A stretch of DNA of 64,000 bases, from the NCBI GenBank assembly GCA_964016885.1, contig OZ024752.1:42904001-42968000 (forward strand). The letters run 5' to 3'. Shown here piece after piece: positions 24,227 to 42,405 of the stretch (positions within the stretch are counted from its first letter, which is position 1; every line of letters starts with the position of its first letter). The position numbers were made by a program, and so were the translations under genes. The notes beneath the pieces are model-generated. The model saw only the letters and a list, made by a program, of their open reading frames with translations. It was not told where the DNA came from and did no database searches. Source of the DNA: Eledone cirrhosa (lineage: Eukaryota).

Positions 24227-26317
24227 ATGGCTACCAAAAAGAAATTTCATACGTCACTCCCACTCATTCCGTCTTCTTCTTCCTCAATCATCACTACAGC
24301 AGAGAGAAGATTGTCTCTCTCCCTCCCTTCTTTAAATGTGTCTCTCTCCCTCCCTTCTCTTTCGCAAGCGACGAAAGAAAAGAAAAGTCTCGTGCAAAGC
24401 GTGCAAGGTTTCTCCACGACGACGACGACAGCGACGAAACAGGTGTGCGGGAAATACGAAAACCCAGTTCATTCGTCTGACGTCAGGAATAATAGCAGTA
24501 GCAGCCGTAATAACAACAGCAACAGTGACAATGAAAACAACAGTAGCAGCCGCAACAGCATCACCAGCAGCATAAACAACAACAGCATTAGCAGCAGCAA
24601 CACCAACAACAACCACAGCAACAGCGGCGGAGGCAGTAGTCGTAGTACCTGCAGCAACAACAAAAGTACCAGCAGCTCTGACGACAACAACAACAGCAGA
24701 GAAAAACCAATCTCATTTGCAGGTATTGCGAAAAACCTGGAAACAATCCTCATAACAAATGAGGAATTAGAGGAAGCGAAGAAGATGGTGACAAAGAACG
24801 GACACCGAGCAATCTGCAAGGCAGCGAAAAATTTTTTCGAAACCCAAGAGCACTGTACGGTCACGTACCGTACAGTAAGTACAAAATCCCGTAGGGTGGA
24901 AAGAGCCACAGAGGCCCAAATACAAAAAGCCTTGGGGTCTGTGTGGCAGAGGAAAACGCACATCACCCGAGGCAAAAAATACGCCACCGTAGACGTACTT
25001 TTTGCCACACCCCAGGAGGCAAAGGCCCAATCAGTAGTGACCCTAAGGAGCGAGGAAATGGTGTTGGTGCCCTCCTACTGCGGGCAAAAAATTGTGAGGG
25101 TCAAACTGACCCACGTCCCCCCCGGAATGACCCCTTCTTGGCTGGCCGCGTCTGTCCTCGTCGGAATCGAGGACAAAACAACTGTACTGCAAGTACAGAA
25201 AAAAGTAAGAGAAGATTGGGTCGGCTCCTCCATTGAGATGCTAATCCAAACCAACCAGGAGTGCATCGAAGCTATCCCGGATGTGATAGACTTCGATAAC
25301 GGCACTCAACTGCCCATAAGTGTTGAGGGCAAACGCCCGAAATGCTTTCGCTGTGGATCGAAGACTCACCTCAGGGCCTTCTGCAACGAGAAGACCCTGA
25401 GAAAGGAGAAAACCCCCCTCCTCCCGAATCCGGTTCCACGGCTACCAGCAACAGGACAAGCGGCAACCAGGAACGATAGGTCCGTGGCACCCATACCCAC
25501 TCCACGGAAATCAAAGACAGCAGCAGCAGTGGAAATATTAACAACAACAACAGCAATACCAAATGCAGCTGCAACAGAGACTCCAGTGCAAACATCACCA
25601 ACAACAACAAGTGAAAGAGTGGAGCTGGTACCCCTCCCCGACCTTACAGAATCAGACATGGAGTGTGAGGTGGGAGAGGGATGGCAAAAGGTCTCAAGAA
25701 GGCACAAACGCAGAAGCAGCGCATCGTCGCCTTTGAAAAGGGAGGAAAGAAATGAGAAAAGGGTAAAGTCTACTGCAAAGAGACCCACAGCAGCAACACC
25801 ACCAACACCATCACCACCCACACCAGCACCACCATCACCACCGGCGACAACCCCACCGCCAACAACACCTTCAACACCACAAGCACCAACATCGCAAACA
25901 CAACAACAAAACACACACACCCAGCAACAACGACAAGAAAATAGCAGAACCACACCCCACCCCCAGAAAAACAAATGCACGGCAATAAATACACACAACA
26001 AGAAACTAATGACTTACATAATTGAACACACAGACATTTCACAACAGGACTACATAATACCAGCACCAATCAAAACGCCAACTAACATAAGACTGCTAAA
26101 AATAGCACAGAAACAATACACAAACATTAAAACGAAATTCCCCAACGCAGTTGGTGATTTCAGGGACCTAGGAGGAACCATCAATCGAAGAGTATACTCA
26201 GACATTCTCTTAGAAGAGCCGACGACCAGCCGAAGGGACGATTCAACGGTCCCTTCACCAGACGATCAAGTGAAAAGGGATGTAAAAACCATCCCTCCTC
26301 TACCAAAAGTACGGTAA
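24227..26317 (+). CDS. L1/Tx1-type LINE ORF1 (gag-like, CCHC zinc knuckle)
   Basis: First ATG at 24227. CFRCGSKTHLRAFC knuckle, Ser/Asn- and Pro/Thr-rich low-complexity regions, directly upstream of ORF2. Confidence 0.88.
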   Translation: MATKKKFHTSLPLIPSSSSSIITTAERRLSLSLPSLNVSLSLPSLSQATKEKKSLVQSVQGFSTTTTTATKQVCGKYENPVHSSDVRNNSSSSRNNNSNSDNENNSSSRNSITSSINNNSISSSNTNNNHSNSGGGSSRSTCSNNKSTSSSDDNNNSREKPISFAGIAKNLETILITNEELEEAKKMVTKNGHRAICKAAKNFFETQEHCTVTYRTVSTKSRRVERATEAQIQKALGSVWQRKTHITRGKKYATVDVLFATPQEAKAQSVVTLRSEEMVLVPSYCGQKIVRVKLTHVPPGMTPSWLAASVLVGIEDKTTVLQVQKKVREDWVGSSIEMLIQTNQECIEAIPDVIDFDNGTQLPISVEGKRPKCFRCGSKTHLRAFCNEKTLRKEKTPLLPNPVPRLPATGQAATRNDRSVAPIPTPRKSKTAAAVEILTTTTAIPNAAATETPVQTSPTTTSERVELVPLPDLTESDMECEVGEGWQKVSRRHKRRSSASSPLKREERNEKRVKSTAKRPTAATPPTPSPPTPAPPSPPATTPPPTTPSTPQAPTSQTQQQNTHTQQQRQENSRTTPHPQKNKCTAINTHNKKLMTYIIEHTDISQQDYIIPAPIKTPTNIRLLKIAQKQYTNIKTKFPNAVGDFRDLGGTINRRVYSDILLEEPTTSRRDDSTVPSPDDQVKRDVKTIPPLPKVR

Positions 26318-26352
26318 GTGGTCTTTCCCATCTTTTCCACTCTATTTTAAAC

Positions 26353-29300
26353 ATGACCTCACTCAGAATAGGCAGCATAAATGCGCGTGGCTTGGGGTCG
26401 TCATGGAAGCAGGGTCACCTGCTCAACGACCTCAGGTCACTAAACATAGATGTAGTGGCCATCAGCGAGACCAGAATCTCCGAAGCACGGGCCTTCGTAC
26501 CGATCTTCGGCGGCTACGATGTGTACGCATCTCCCAGCCGTCCTGGATCGGGTGGAGGAGTTGCTGTGCTTTTTCGGAGAGGTTTGGATCTCGCCATACG
26601 GGCCATCTTCCTGGACCCAGAGGGTAAGCTGGTGGTGCTGGACGTGACCAGCGGAGACGGGCAAGCTTTCAGGCTAGTGGCCGTCTATGCCCCGACAGGA
26701 GCAGGGCGGCCTGATTTCTTCCGGCGTCTGGAGACCTTTCTTGGAACGTCCCGCTCTTTAGTGTTAGTGGGCGACTGGAACGGGATCTTAGATGCACGCT
26801 GGGACTGTGTGGGATTAGCGGATAGGGGTGGAGGGTGCAAGAGCCTCACCAACCTGCTCAGGCGTTTTGAACTGTCTGACAGGTACCGATTGGATTTCCC
26901 GAATGTGCCAATGTGGACTTGGACAAACCGCATAGGGTCATCCAGATCATATCTAGATAGAGTATTTTGTAGGGAAATAGATAGGTCTAGCATAGGCTGT
27001 CCACAATTCAAGATAGTCAGCTACACGGACCACAAATTTGTGATCTGTGTGCTTGACTTAGATAGGCTTCATAGACGAGGACCCGGCTACTGGAAGCTAA
27101 ACGCGTCCTTACCAGCGCGCAAGGCCTACAGAGACCGGATTAGCGAACTAGTTAAGCGGGCGTTGACGGGGGCCATCGTCAACAACAAGTGGTGGTTTGC
27201 TCTGAAAAGAGCGATTAGAATAGAATCGATTAGGTTTAGTAAGGCTTTAGCAATAGAGAAAAATAGAGCAGAGGGAGAACTAGTTAGAAAATTAGACGAG
27301 GCGCTTAGCAAAGGCATTGCGACCGACGTGCTTGCGGCGAAATTGGCCCTTGACCAATTCTTCAATGCAAAGCACGAAGGCTGCGTTGTCAGAGCTAAGG
27401 TGCGTGCTCTCAGACACGAGGGGACGAAAGCCGTTCAATGGGCCCGAGTGGCGGAGGCGCGTCGTGGCAACAAAGCCACGATCCGGTCTTTGGTGGACCA
27501 CGACGGGCGCATGCTACTCGATCCCGGGCAAATGTGTGAAGCTTTTCAGCAACACTTCGCTCAGCTGTTCGGGGGCAGCGGGGGGCCGGGTAGAGGGATG
27601 GACTTTAATGCCTACCTCGACGGACTGCCGCGGCTCTCGGCCACTGAGGCGAAGTGTTGCGAAAAGCCGATAACAGCCGCTGAAGTAAGGGAGGCGATGA
27701 CTGGCTGCACAAGGGGTAAATCGCCTGGTTTGGATGGTCTGCCCTATGAACTTTACGTACAGATGCCAGACTTGTTCGGAGGCCTCTTGGCGGACGTCTA
27801 CTGCAACTGGCAACAGAACGGGAGAATTCCCAGTTCTGTGAGCCGAGGAGCGGTGGCACTGCTGAGAAAGGATCCGAACAAGGGGGATAACATAGACAAT
27901 TTCCGGCCCATAACTCTGCTAAACACAGAGTTTAAGATTTTGGCCAAGGTGCTAGCAAAGAGGTTGGCGCTTGTCGTTGGTGGTCTGGTGGGAGAGGCGC
28001 AGACATGCGCCATTCCCGACAGATCCATCCACGACAACCTCCACCTCATGCGATACATCGTAGAGAGGGTAGCTAGGGAACCTGGCACGGGTGGGTCCTT
28101 GATCAATTTAGATCAGTCGAAAGCTTTCGATAGGGTCGACCATCGTTACCTAGCGGCAGTCCTGAGGGCGGCTGGCTTTGGGCCCGTCTTCAGAGGCTGG
28201 ATCGCTGCCATGCACAGCGACATCTGCTCTGTGGTGAGAGTGAACGGTCACCTGTCGGAACCGTTCAACATCATGCGCTCGGTCCGCCAAGGATGTCCCC
28301 TCTCGTCCCTCTTGTACGTATTGACTCTCGAGCCATTACTGCACAAACTGGAGACGTTGAGGGGAGTCCCGCGCGAACTAGGATGCGGAAGATCCGTGTC
28401 AGCATATGCGGACGATGTCACCGTAGTGGTGTCGAACGCCAAACACATCGAGGCGATCGGCACTACACTAAGAGAATACGAAGCGGTGACAGGAGCAATG
28501 ATCAACCAGGAAAAGTCAGTGGGCCTGCAGCTCGGCACCTGGAGAGGCAGGTCCATGCCGTCCAACAGCGTCGTCGGGCGCTGGACGGACGGACCGGTTA
28601 AATTGCTAGGGGTCTGGTTCGGTCCGGACCTCCAGACGGACAAAAACTGGGACGAGGTGACGAGCAGGGTGGCTTCTCTCACCCAGAAATGGGCGGAGAG
28701 GAAGCTATCCCTGAAAGGTCGAGCGGAGGTGGCTAACGCGTACATCGCGTCTGTCATCTGCTACCGCCTAACCGTCGTACCTTGTCCTAAGCCTCGCCTG
28801 ACTGCGCTGGAGCGTTTGCTCTTTCGCTTTTTGTGGAAGGGACGTGCTCCGATGGTCAGGCGGTCCATCTGTTGTCAACACCCGCTACGTGGAGGGCTGG
28901 GCATGCCGTGGCTGATGATGCGCAGGCACGCGCTCAGGCTACGACATCTCCACCTCTTCCTCGACGGTGATCAGGTGTGGTCGCCGTTTGCTAGACGCGT
29001 TTTTCCCCAGCTCGTTTCCTTGACGGAGCTGCAGTCCTGGGTCAAGCGAAGACCGAGAGGGAGCGCCTGGAGACTGGAATGTCTTCAGGCGCTCACAGCC
29101 CTCGACCAATCGGGCAATGTGATCGGTGGAAACTCCACCTCGGCGTTCTATAGAGGATTAGTGGAGGGGAAGAGCGACGACGTACTTGGGGAAACTCTAG
29201 GCGTCGACGAAAATCAACTAGCCAATCTCTTCGGAAGAACTTTCGGGCCAGGGCCTATGGACAACTTCCAGAAATCTCTGGCCTGGCAGTGCTACCGAGG

Positions 29301-29772
29301 AGCCTTGCCAGTTCGGGATAAACTCTACAGGCATGGAGGTGCCGTCAGCCGGGCATGTCCGAGATGCGCGCAGGGCGACGAAACCGTCCTGCACGCACTC
29401 GTCCAGTGTCCGAAAATTGCTGACTTGTGGGTTTATGTCGAACACCTGCTGTCGCGTTTAGGACGGATCCAGCTATCATCTGAGTCCATCGTGAGGATTG
29501 CCCCGCCCTCCTCCTTTAGCCGGGAAGGGCAGGCAGTTTTTATCTGTCTGGTGGCCATGGCGAAAGAGATAGTATGGTGGACACGTTTGAAAGGGCTGAA
29601 GACGAGCACTTACCTCTTCGGTGATGCTCTGATTGACTTTTTCAAATTTCATTTGAAAAGGAAAATCAGAGTAGAGAAGGAAGTGCTCTCTTCCCAGCAT
29701 TTTGTTGAAAGATGGGTGAGAGAAGCAAGAATGGCCCGAGTGAATGGGCCGACTCTGAGTATATATCTGTAA
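26353..29772 (+). CDS. L1/Tx1-type LINE ORF2 (APE, RT, C-terminal zf-RVT)
   Basis: Intact 1139 aa. SINARG, SETR, GDWN and TDH; FRPITLLN, DQSKAFD, VRQGCPLS and YADD; CPRC..ETVLHALVQC. Confidence 0.95.
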   Translation: MTSLRIGSINARGLGSSWKQGHLLNDLRSLNIDVVAISETRISEARAFVPIFGGYDVYASPSRPGSGGGVAVLFRRGLDLAIRAIFLDPEGKLVVLDVTSGDGQAFRLVAVYAPTGAGRPDFFRRLETFLGTSRSLVLVGDWNGILDARWDCVGLADRGGGCKSLTNLLRRFELSDRYRLDFPNVPMWTWTNRIGSSRSYLDRVFCREIDRSSIGCPQFKIVSYTDHKFVICVLDLDRLHRRGPGYWKLNASLPARKAYRDRISELVKRALTGAIVNNKWWFALKRAIRIESIRFSKALAIEKNRAEGELVRKLDEALSKGIATDVLAAKLALDQFFNAKHEGCVVRAKVRALRHEGTKAVQWARVAEARRGNKATIRSLVDHDGRMLLDPGQMCEAFQQHFAQLFGGSGGPGRGMDFNAYLDGLPRLSATEAKCCEKPITAAEVREAMTGCTRGKSPGLDGLPYELYVQMPDLFGGLLADVYCNWQQNGRIPSSVSRGAVALLRKDPNKGDNIDNFRPITLLNTEFKILAKVLAKRLALVVGGLVGEAQTCAIPDRSIHDNLHLMRYIVERVAREPGTGGSLINLDQSKAFDRVDHRYLAAVLRAAGFGPVFRGWIAAMHSDICSVVRVNGHLSEPFNIMRSVRQGCPLSSLLYVLTLEPLLHKLETLRGVPRELGCGRSVSAYADDVTVVVSNAKHIEAIGTTLREYEAVTGAMINQEKSVGLQLGTWRGRSMPSNSVVGRWTDGPVKLLGVWFGPDLQTDKNWDEVTSRVASLTQKWAERKLSLKGRAEVANAYIASVICYRLTVVPCPKPRLTALERLLFRFLWKGRAPMVRRSICCQHPLRGGLGMPWLMMRRHALRLRHLHLFLDGDQVWSPFARRVFPQLVSLTELQSWVKRRPRGSAWRLECLQALTALDQSGNVIGGNSTSAFYRGLVEGKSDDVLGETLGVDENQLANLFGRTFGPGPMDNFQKSLAWQCYRGALPVRDKLYRHGGAVSRACPRCAQGDETVLHALVQCPKIADLWVYVEHLLSRLGRIQLSSESIVRIAPPSSFSREGQAVFICLVAMAKEIVWWTRLKGLKTSTYLFGDALIDFFKFHLKRKIRVEKEVLSSQHFVERWVREARMARVNGPTLSIYL

Positions 29773-30036
29773 ACTAAAGGTGGAAAACTGGGAGAGGGCA
29801 CTTGCCTTGGTGGTCAGGGTCATTGTGGCTTTTTACTGGGCTTTCTCCACAAATGTCCCTCCGAAGTCTCCCCCCTATTGGGGAATTTTTCATTGTTATT
29901 TTCATTGTTATTTTTGTTACATCCTCTGTTTTTGTTTTTTTTACACGCAGAAATGCCCATTTGTACCGTCCTGCATTGTCCTGCACTGTCCTTAATGTCT
30001 ACTTTATGTAAACCCTTGTGGTTAATAAAGAAATCA

Positions 30037-30110
<74 letters not shown>

Positions 30111-30175
30111 TTTTTTTTTTTTTTTGTTTTTTATTGTGCAATGGCCATACTCGATAACGAGGGGGCAGCCATCAT

Positions 30176-30250
30176 ATATATATGTATGTATATATGTATG
30201 TATATATATATATATGTATGTATGTATGTATGTATATGTATGTATGTATG

Positions 30251-30286
<36 letters not shown>

Positions 30287-30490
30287 TATATGTATGTATG
30301 TATGTATATATGTATGTATGTATGTATGTGTATGTATGTATGTATGTGTATGTATGTATGTATGTATGTATATATGTATATATGTATGTATGTATGTATA
30401 TATATGTATGTATGTATGTGTATGTATGTATGTGTATGTATGTATGTATGTATATGTATGTATGTATGTATGTATATATATGTATGTATG

Positions 30491-30526
<36 letters not shown>

Positions 30527-30772
30527 TGTATGTATATATATGTATGTATGTATATATATGTATGTATGTATATATATGTATGTATGTATATATATGTATG
30601 TATGTATATGTATGTATATATATGTATGTATGTATGTATATATATGTATGTATGTATGTATATATATGTATGTATGTATGTATATATATGTATGTATGTA
30701 TGTATATATATGTATGTATGTATGTATATATATGTATGTATGTATGTATATATATGTATGTATATATGTATG

Positions 30773-30805
<33 letters not shown>

Positions 30806-30894
30806 GTATGTATATATATATATGTATGTATATATGTATGTATATATATATATGTATGTATATATGTATGTATATATGTATGTATATATGTATG

Positions 30895-30927
<33 letters not shown>

Positions 30928-31584
30928 GTATGTATATATATATATGTATGTATATATGTATGTATGTATATATATGTATGTATATATGTATGTATGTATA
31001 TATATATATGTATGTATGTATGTATATATATATGTATATATGTATGTATATATATATGTATATATATATATGTATATATATATATGTATATATATATATG
31101 TATATATATATATGTATATATATATATGTATATATATATGTATATATATATATGTATATATATATGTATATATATATGTATATATATATGTATATATATA
31201 TGTATATATATATGTATATATATATGTATATATATATATGTATATATATATGTGTATATATATATGTATATATATATGTATATATATATATGTATATATA
31301 TATATGTATATATATATATATGTATGTATATATGTATGTATATATGTATGTATATATATATGTATATATGTATGTATATATATATGTATATATGTATGTA
31401 TATATGTATGTATATATATATGTATATATATATGTATATATGTATGTATATATATATGTATATATGTATGTATATATATATGTATATATATATGTATATA
31501 TATATGTATATATATATGTATATATATATGTATATATATATGTATATATATATGTATATATATATGTATATATATATGTATATA

Positions 31585-31637
<53 letters not shown>

Positions 31638-31860
31638 ATATATGTATATGTATATGTATATATATATGTATATGTATATGTATATATATATGTATATGTA
31701 TATGTATATATATATGTATATATATATGTATATATATATGTATATATATATGTATATATATATGTATATATATATGTATATATATATGTATATATATATG
31801 TATATATATATGTATATATATATGTATATATATATATGTATGTATATATGTATGTATATA

Positions 31861-31913
<53 letters not shown>

Positions 31914-32040
31914 ATATATGTATATATATATGTATATATATATGTATATATATATGTATATATATATGTATATATATATGTATATATATATGTATATATA
32001 TATGTATATATATATGTATATGTATATGTATATGTATATA

Positions 32041-32087
<47 letters not shown>

Positions 32088-32374
32088 ATATGTATGTATA
32101 TATGTATATGTATATGTATGTATGTATATATGTATATGTATGTGTATGTATGTATGTATGTATGTATGTATGTATATGTATGTATATATATATATGTATG
32201 TATATGTATGTATGTATGTATGTATGTATATATATATATGTATGTATGTATATGTATATATGTATGTATGTATGTATGTATGTGTATGTATGTATGTATA
32301 TATATATATGTATGTATATGTATATATGTATGTATATGTATGTATGTATATGTATGTATGTATGTATATATATG

Positions 32375-32415
<41 letters not shown>

Positions 32416-32416
32416 G

Positions 32417-32469
<53 letters not shown>

Positions 32470-32520
32470 GTATGTATATATATGTATGTATGTATATATA
32501 TGTATGTATGTATATATATG

Positions 32521-32559
<39 letters not shown>

Positions 32560-32570
32560 GTATATATATG

Positions 32571-32609
<39 letters not shown>

Positions 32610-32620
32610 GTATATATATG

Positions 32621-32659
<39 letters not shown>

Positions 32660-32744
32660 GTATATGTATGTATGTATATATATGTATGTATGTATATGTA
32701 TGTATGTATATGTATGTATGTATATATATGTATGTATGTATATA

Positions 32745-32779
<35 letters not shown>

Positions 32780-32885
32780 GTATGTATGTATATGTATGTA
32801 TGTATGTATGTGTATGTATGTATATGTATGTATGTATGTATGTATGTATATATGTATATATATTTATATATATATACATATATAA
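30176..32885. repeat. (TA)/(TATG) compound microsatellite
   Basis: Seen directly. Confidence 0.97.
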
Positions 32886-33068
32886 TTTTTAATATAGAAA
32901 TGGCTTATACAGGACTAGAACTGTTTCATTCGAAGGAAATCATTATATATGTATGTGTGCTTCACAGGTTTCGTGATTGGTGTTCAGTTTTTGTACTTTC
33001 TTATTTCTTCATTTATGTTTCATTAGATTATCTATGTCTGATTTATTCTCTTTTAAATTCAACTTTAG

Positions 33069-33205
33069 TTTAAAAGATAAAGCCATAACATGTCTGAAGG
33101 ACAGTACGGCCTCTTGTAGCTCCGGTGGCAGAAATTTCATCTCGGTTATTACGGAAAAATCCTTGTCGCGTATGTTGGCTGGGAAATGCTCTGGTTTAAG
33201 CCACC
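33069..33205 (+). CDS. Gene 1 exon 5 ([45 protein letters not shown])
   Basis: CTTTAG acceptor, C|GTAAGT donor, phases 2/1. Completes the second 6-Cys module. Confidence 0.85.
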
Positions 33206-33357
33206 GTAAGTATTCAGATTTTATTTTAAGCCTTTTGTTACAATATTTCTAATGAAAAACAGTTAATAATTTTCAAAATAATCAAGAATTTGGAGGGATT
33301 TAACCTTTTAGTAATTTACATTACATTACATGTGTGATTGACCAAGCATAGATGAGT

Positions 33358-34310
33358 TTAGATCGAGAAGAATGGAATGTAAAATAGGAATATATAAAGA
33401 AAAAAGAAAAAAAAGACCCAAGAAAAGGGAGGGAATGGCAAGGACTCTAGTGTCACAGAGGAATGGAAAGTGGGGAGGATAATTGAGCTCTGGGCCTAGG
33501 GCACAGTGGTAAAGGGGTTGCGCCCTGCAGACAAGACAGCAGAAGCATTGCCACGCACAATAGTCAGCGACACCCACTGCAACAGCCACCCCACCTCGCT
33601 GGGCCCCTTCCTCAGACAAGCCACCGTCTTTCTGATCTTGCGGAGGAGTTCAAAATTATGATGTGTATAAGAGGGATAAGTTGCAGTGTGCGGGAGAGAA
33701 GACTGCGTTGGTATGGACATGTGATGCGCATGGAGGATGACTCTTGGGTAAAGAAGTGCCAAGAAATCCCAGTAGAAGGAAGATGGTATGGACATGTGAT
33801 GCGCATGGAGGATGACAGCTGGGTAAAGAAGTGCCAAGAAATCCAAGTAGAAGGAAGATGGTATGGACATGTGATGCGCATGGAGGATGACTGCTGGGTA
33901 AAGAAGTGCCAAGAAATCCAAGTAGAAGGAAGATGGTATGGACATGTGATGCGCATGGAGGATGACTGCTGGGTAAAGAAGTGCCAAGAAATCCAAGTAG
34001 AAGGAAGATGGTATGGACATGTGATGCGCATGGAGGATGACTGCTGGGTAAAGAAGTGCCAAGAAATCCAAGTAGAAGGAAGATGGTATGGACATGTGAT
34101 GCACATGGAGGATGACAGCTGGGTAAATAAGTGCCAAGAAATCCAAGTAGAAGGAAGACGACGAAAAAAATGGGCGGAGGTGGTGAGAGCTGACCTCAGA
34201 TTGCTGAAGCTCATGGAGGAGATGACGAAGGACCGTGACAAGTGGAGAGATGCTGTGCTGAATAGGACCTGTTCTATCCTTGTAAGCAGAGAAGAGTGGA
34301 CGTAAAATGA
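33358..34310. mobile_element. Composite repeat: CRE 3' end (-) fused to an RTE 3' end (+) with six 75-bp tandem units
   Basis: RWYGHVMRMEDDSWVKKCQEIQVEG x6. A near-identical cassette lies at 63168-63830. Confidence 0.8.
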
Positions 34311-34344
34311 TGTTGATTACTCTATATATACTGTTGTATTTTCA

Positions 34345-35068
34345 CAGCAAGATAAAGTACCAGTAATGCACTGGGTAATTGCTGGTCTTGTGCCAAAAGT
34401 AGAAACAATTATTCTATGTACTGTACATGCACCTTTGATAAGTTGTAGTGCACCTCAGCACTGTACACAATAATTTCATTATTATTATTATTATTAAGTG
34501 GTGGATTGACAGTATCGGTAGGTAGTTGGACACCATGCTTTGCAGCATAGAGTTACGGCCATTACGATCTGAGTTCAAATCCTGCCGAGGTTAACTTTAC
34601 CTTTCATCCTTACGGGGTAGATAAAGTAAAGTACCAGTCAGGCACTGGGGTCGATTTAATCGAGTTATCCCTGCCCCAAAATTGCTGGCCTTGTGCCTAT
34701 ATAAGAAATCATTATTATTATTATCTCGTTATAATGGCGGTGGATTGGTAGTATCGGTAGAGGGTCGGACGCCATGCTTTGACGCATAGTTACGGCCCTT
34801 GCCATTCTAAGTTCAAATCCCGCCGAGGTTAACTTTGCCTTTCATCCTTATGGGGTCGATAGAATAAAGTACCAGTAATGCACTGGGGGGGGGGGGGGGG
34901 ATAATTGCTGGCCTTGTGCCTAAAGTAGAAACATAGAGTTACGTCCTTTACAGTCTGAGTTCAAATCCCGCCGAGGTTAACTTTGCCTTTCATCCTTCCG
35001 GGGTCGATAGAATAAAGTACCAGTAATGCACTGGGGGTAATTGCTGGCCTTGTGCCTAAAGTAGAAAC
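34345..35068 (+). mobile_element. Cluster of four tandem, partly truncated SINE family 1 copies
   Basis: Repeated core at about 34350, 34600, 34830 and 34980. Confidence 0.85.
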
Positions 35069-35122
35069 AAATGGCGTAGGACAGAACAAAGGAGAGGCAC
35101 AGAAACAAAGAAAGGAATCCCA

Positions 35123-35163
35123 GTCACTGAAGAGGTCACAGAGTGTGACGAAAGAACTATGAC
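35123..35163 (+). ncRNA. Minimal hammerhead motif
   Basis: gtca-CTGAAGA-G-GTCACA gag TGTGAC-GAAAGAACTA-tgac. Decayed relatives at about 52225-52270 (-) and 52352-52397 (+). Confidence 0.5.
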
Positions 35164-35585
35164 AATATATAAACAACTATCTGGTTGTGGAACCAACCAA
35201 CCAACCAGAAATTTATAAATTTATTATAAATTTATTATAATAAATTGAAGTTAAAGCAACTGGTGCGTGTGTTTCTTATTGGCAACATGACCCTCCCAAA
35301 GTATAACAAAAGAACTGTGACGAAAGAACTATGATAATATATAAACAACTATCTGGTTGTGGAACCAACCAACCAACCAACCAACCAACCAGAAATTTAT
35401 AAATTTATAAATTTATTATAAATTAATTATAATAAATTGAAGTTAAAGCAACTGGTGCGGGTGTTTCTTATTGGCAACATGACCCTCCCAAAGTATAACA
35501 ATTATTATATCGTTCTCTTTTTTTTTTCAATTGATATAACTAATGTTTTTAATTGTGTTTTCAATATTCTTTTCCGTTTCTGTAG

Positions 35586-35707
35586 AGACCTGGATATCAA
35601 TTTTTTCTGCTATTGCTGTAACAGTCGGTGTGATTGCGACTGGCCTTGCTATTGGTGTGAAACACTACAGAAAGAAAGATACTGTTGCTCATGAGAGATT
35701 TTATTGA
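35586..35707 (+). CDS. Gene 1 last exon: TM helix and short tail (TWISIFSAIAVTVGVIATGLAIGVKHYRKKDTVAHERFY*)
   Basis: TTTCTGTAG acceptor, phase 1. Hydrophobic helix followed by basic KHYRKK. TGA at 35705-35707, AATAAA at 35750. Confidence 0.85.
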
Positions 35708-35766
35708 GAAAGTCAGCAATAAGTTACTCTGTTTTCATCCAAAAAATATAATAAAGTTGAACTTAA

Positions 35767-42405
<6,639 letters not shown>

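Larger units (their letters stand above)
24013..30110 (+). mobile_element. Full-length L1/Tx1-clade LINE flanked by (TTA)n on both sides
   Basis: Two intact ORFs, 3' UTR ending cccttgtggttaataaagaa plus a (TTA)n tail. The left flank is also (TTA)n. Confidence 0.85.
19933..30175 (+). mobile_element. Full-length RTE LINE whose 3' UTR is split by a nested L1/Tx1 element
   Basis: RTE-type 5' UTR (GGAGAAGG...TAAAACC) and ORF. The RTE-type 3' terminus (ggccatactcgataacgagggggcagccatc) lies at 30143-30172, beyond the Tx1 tail. Confidence 0.7.

Noticed and set aside
35437-35694. Cys-rich toxin- or metallothionein-like ORF (FCYCCNSRCDCDWPC)
   Set aside because: Alternative frame of the TM exon; splice phase from exon 33069-33205 selects the TM frame. 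It would be read only if exon 5 were skipped.
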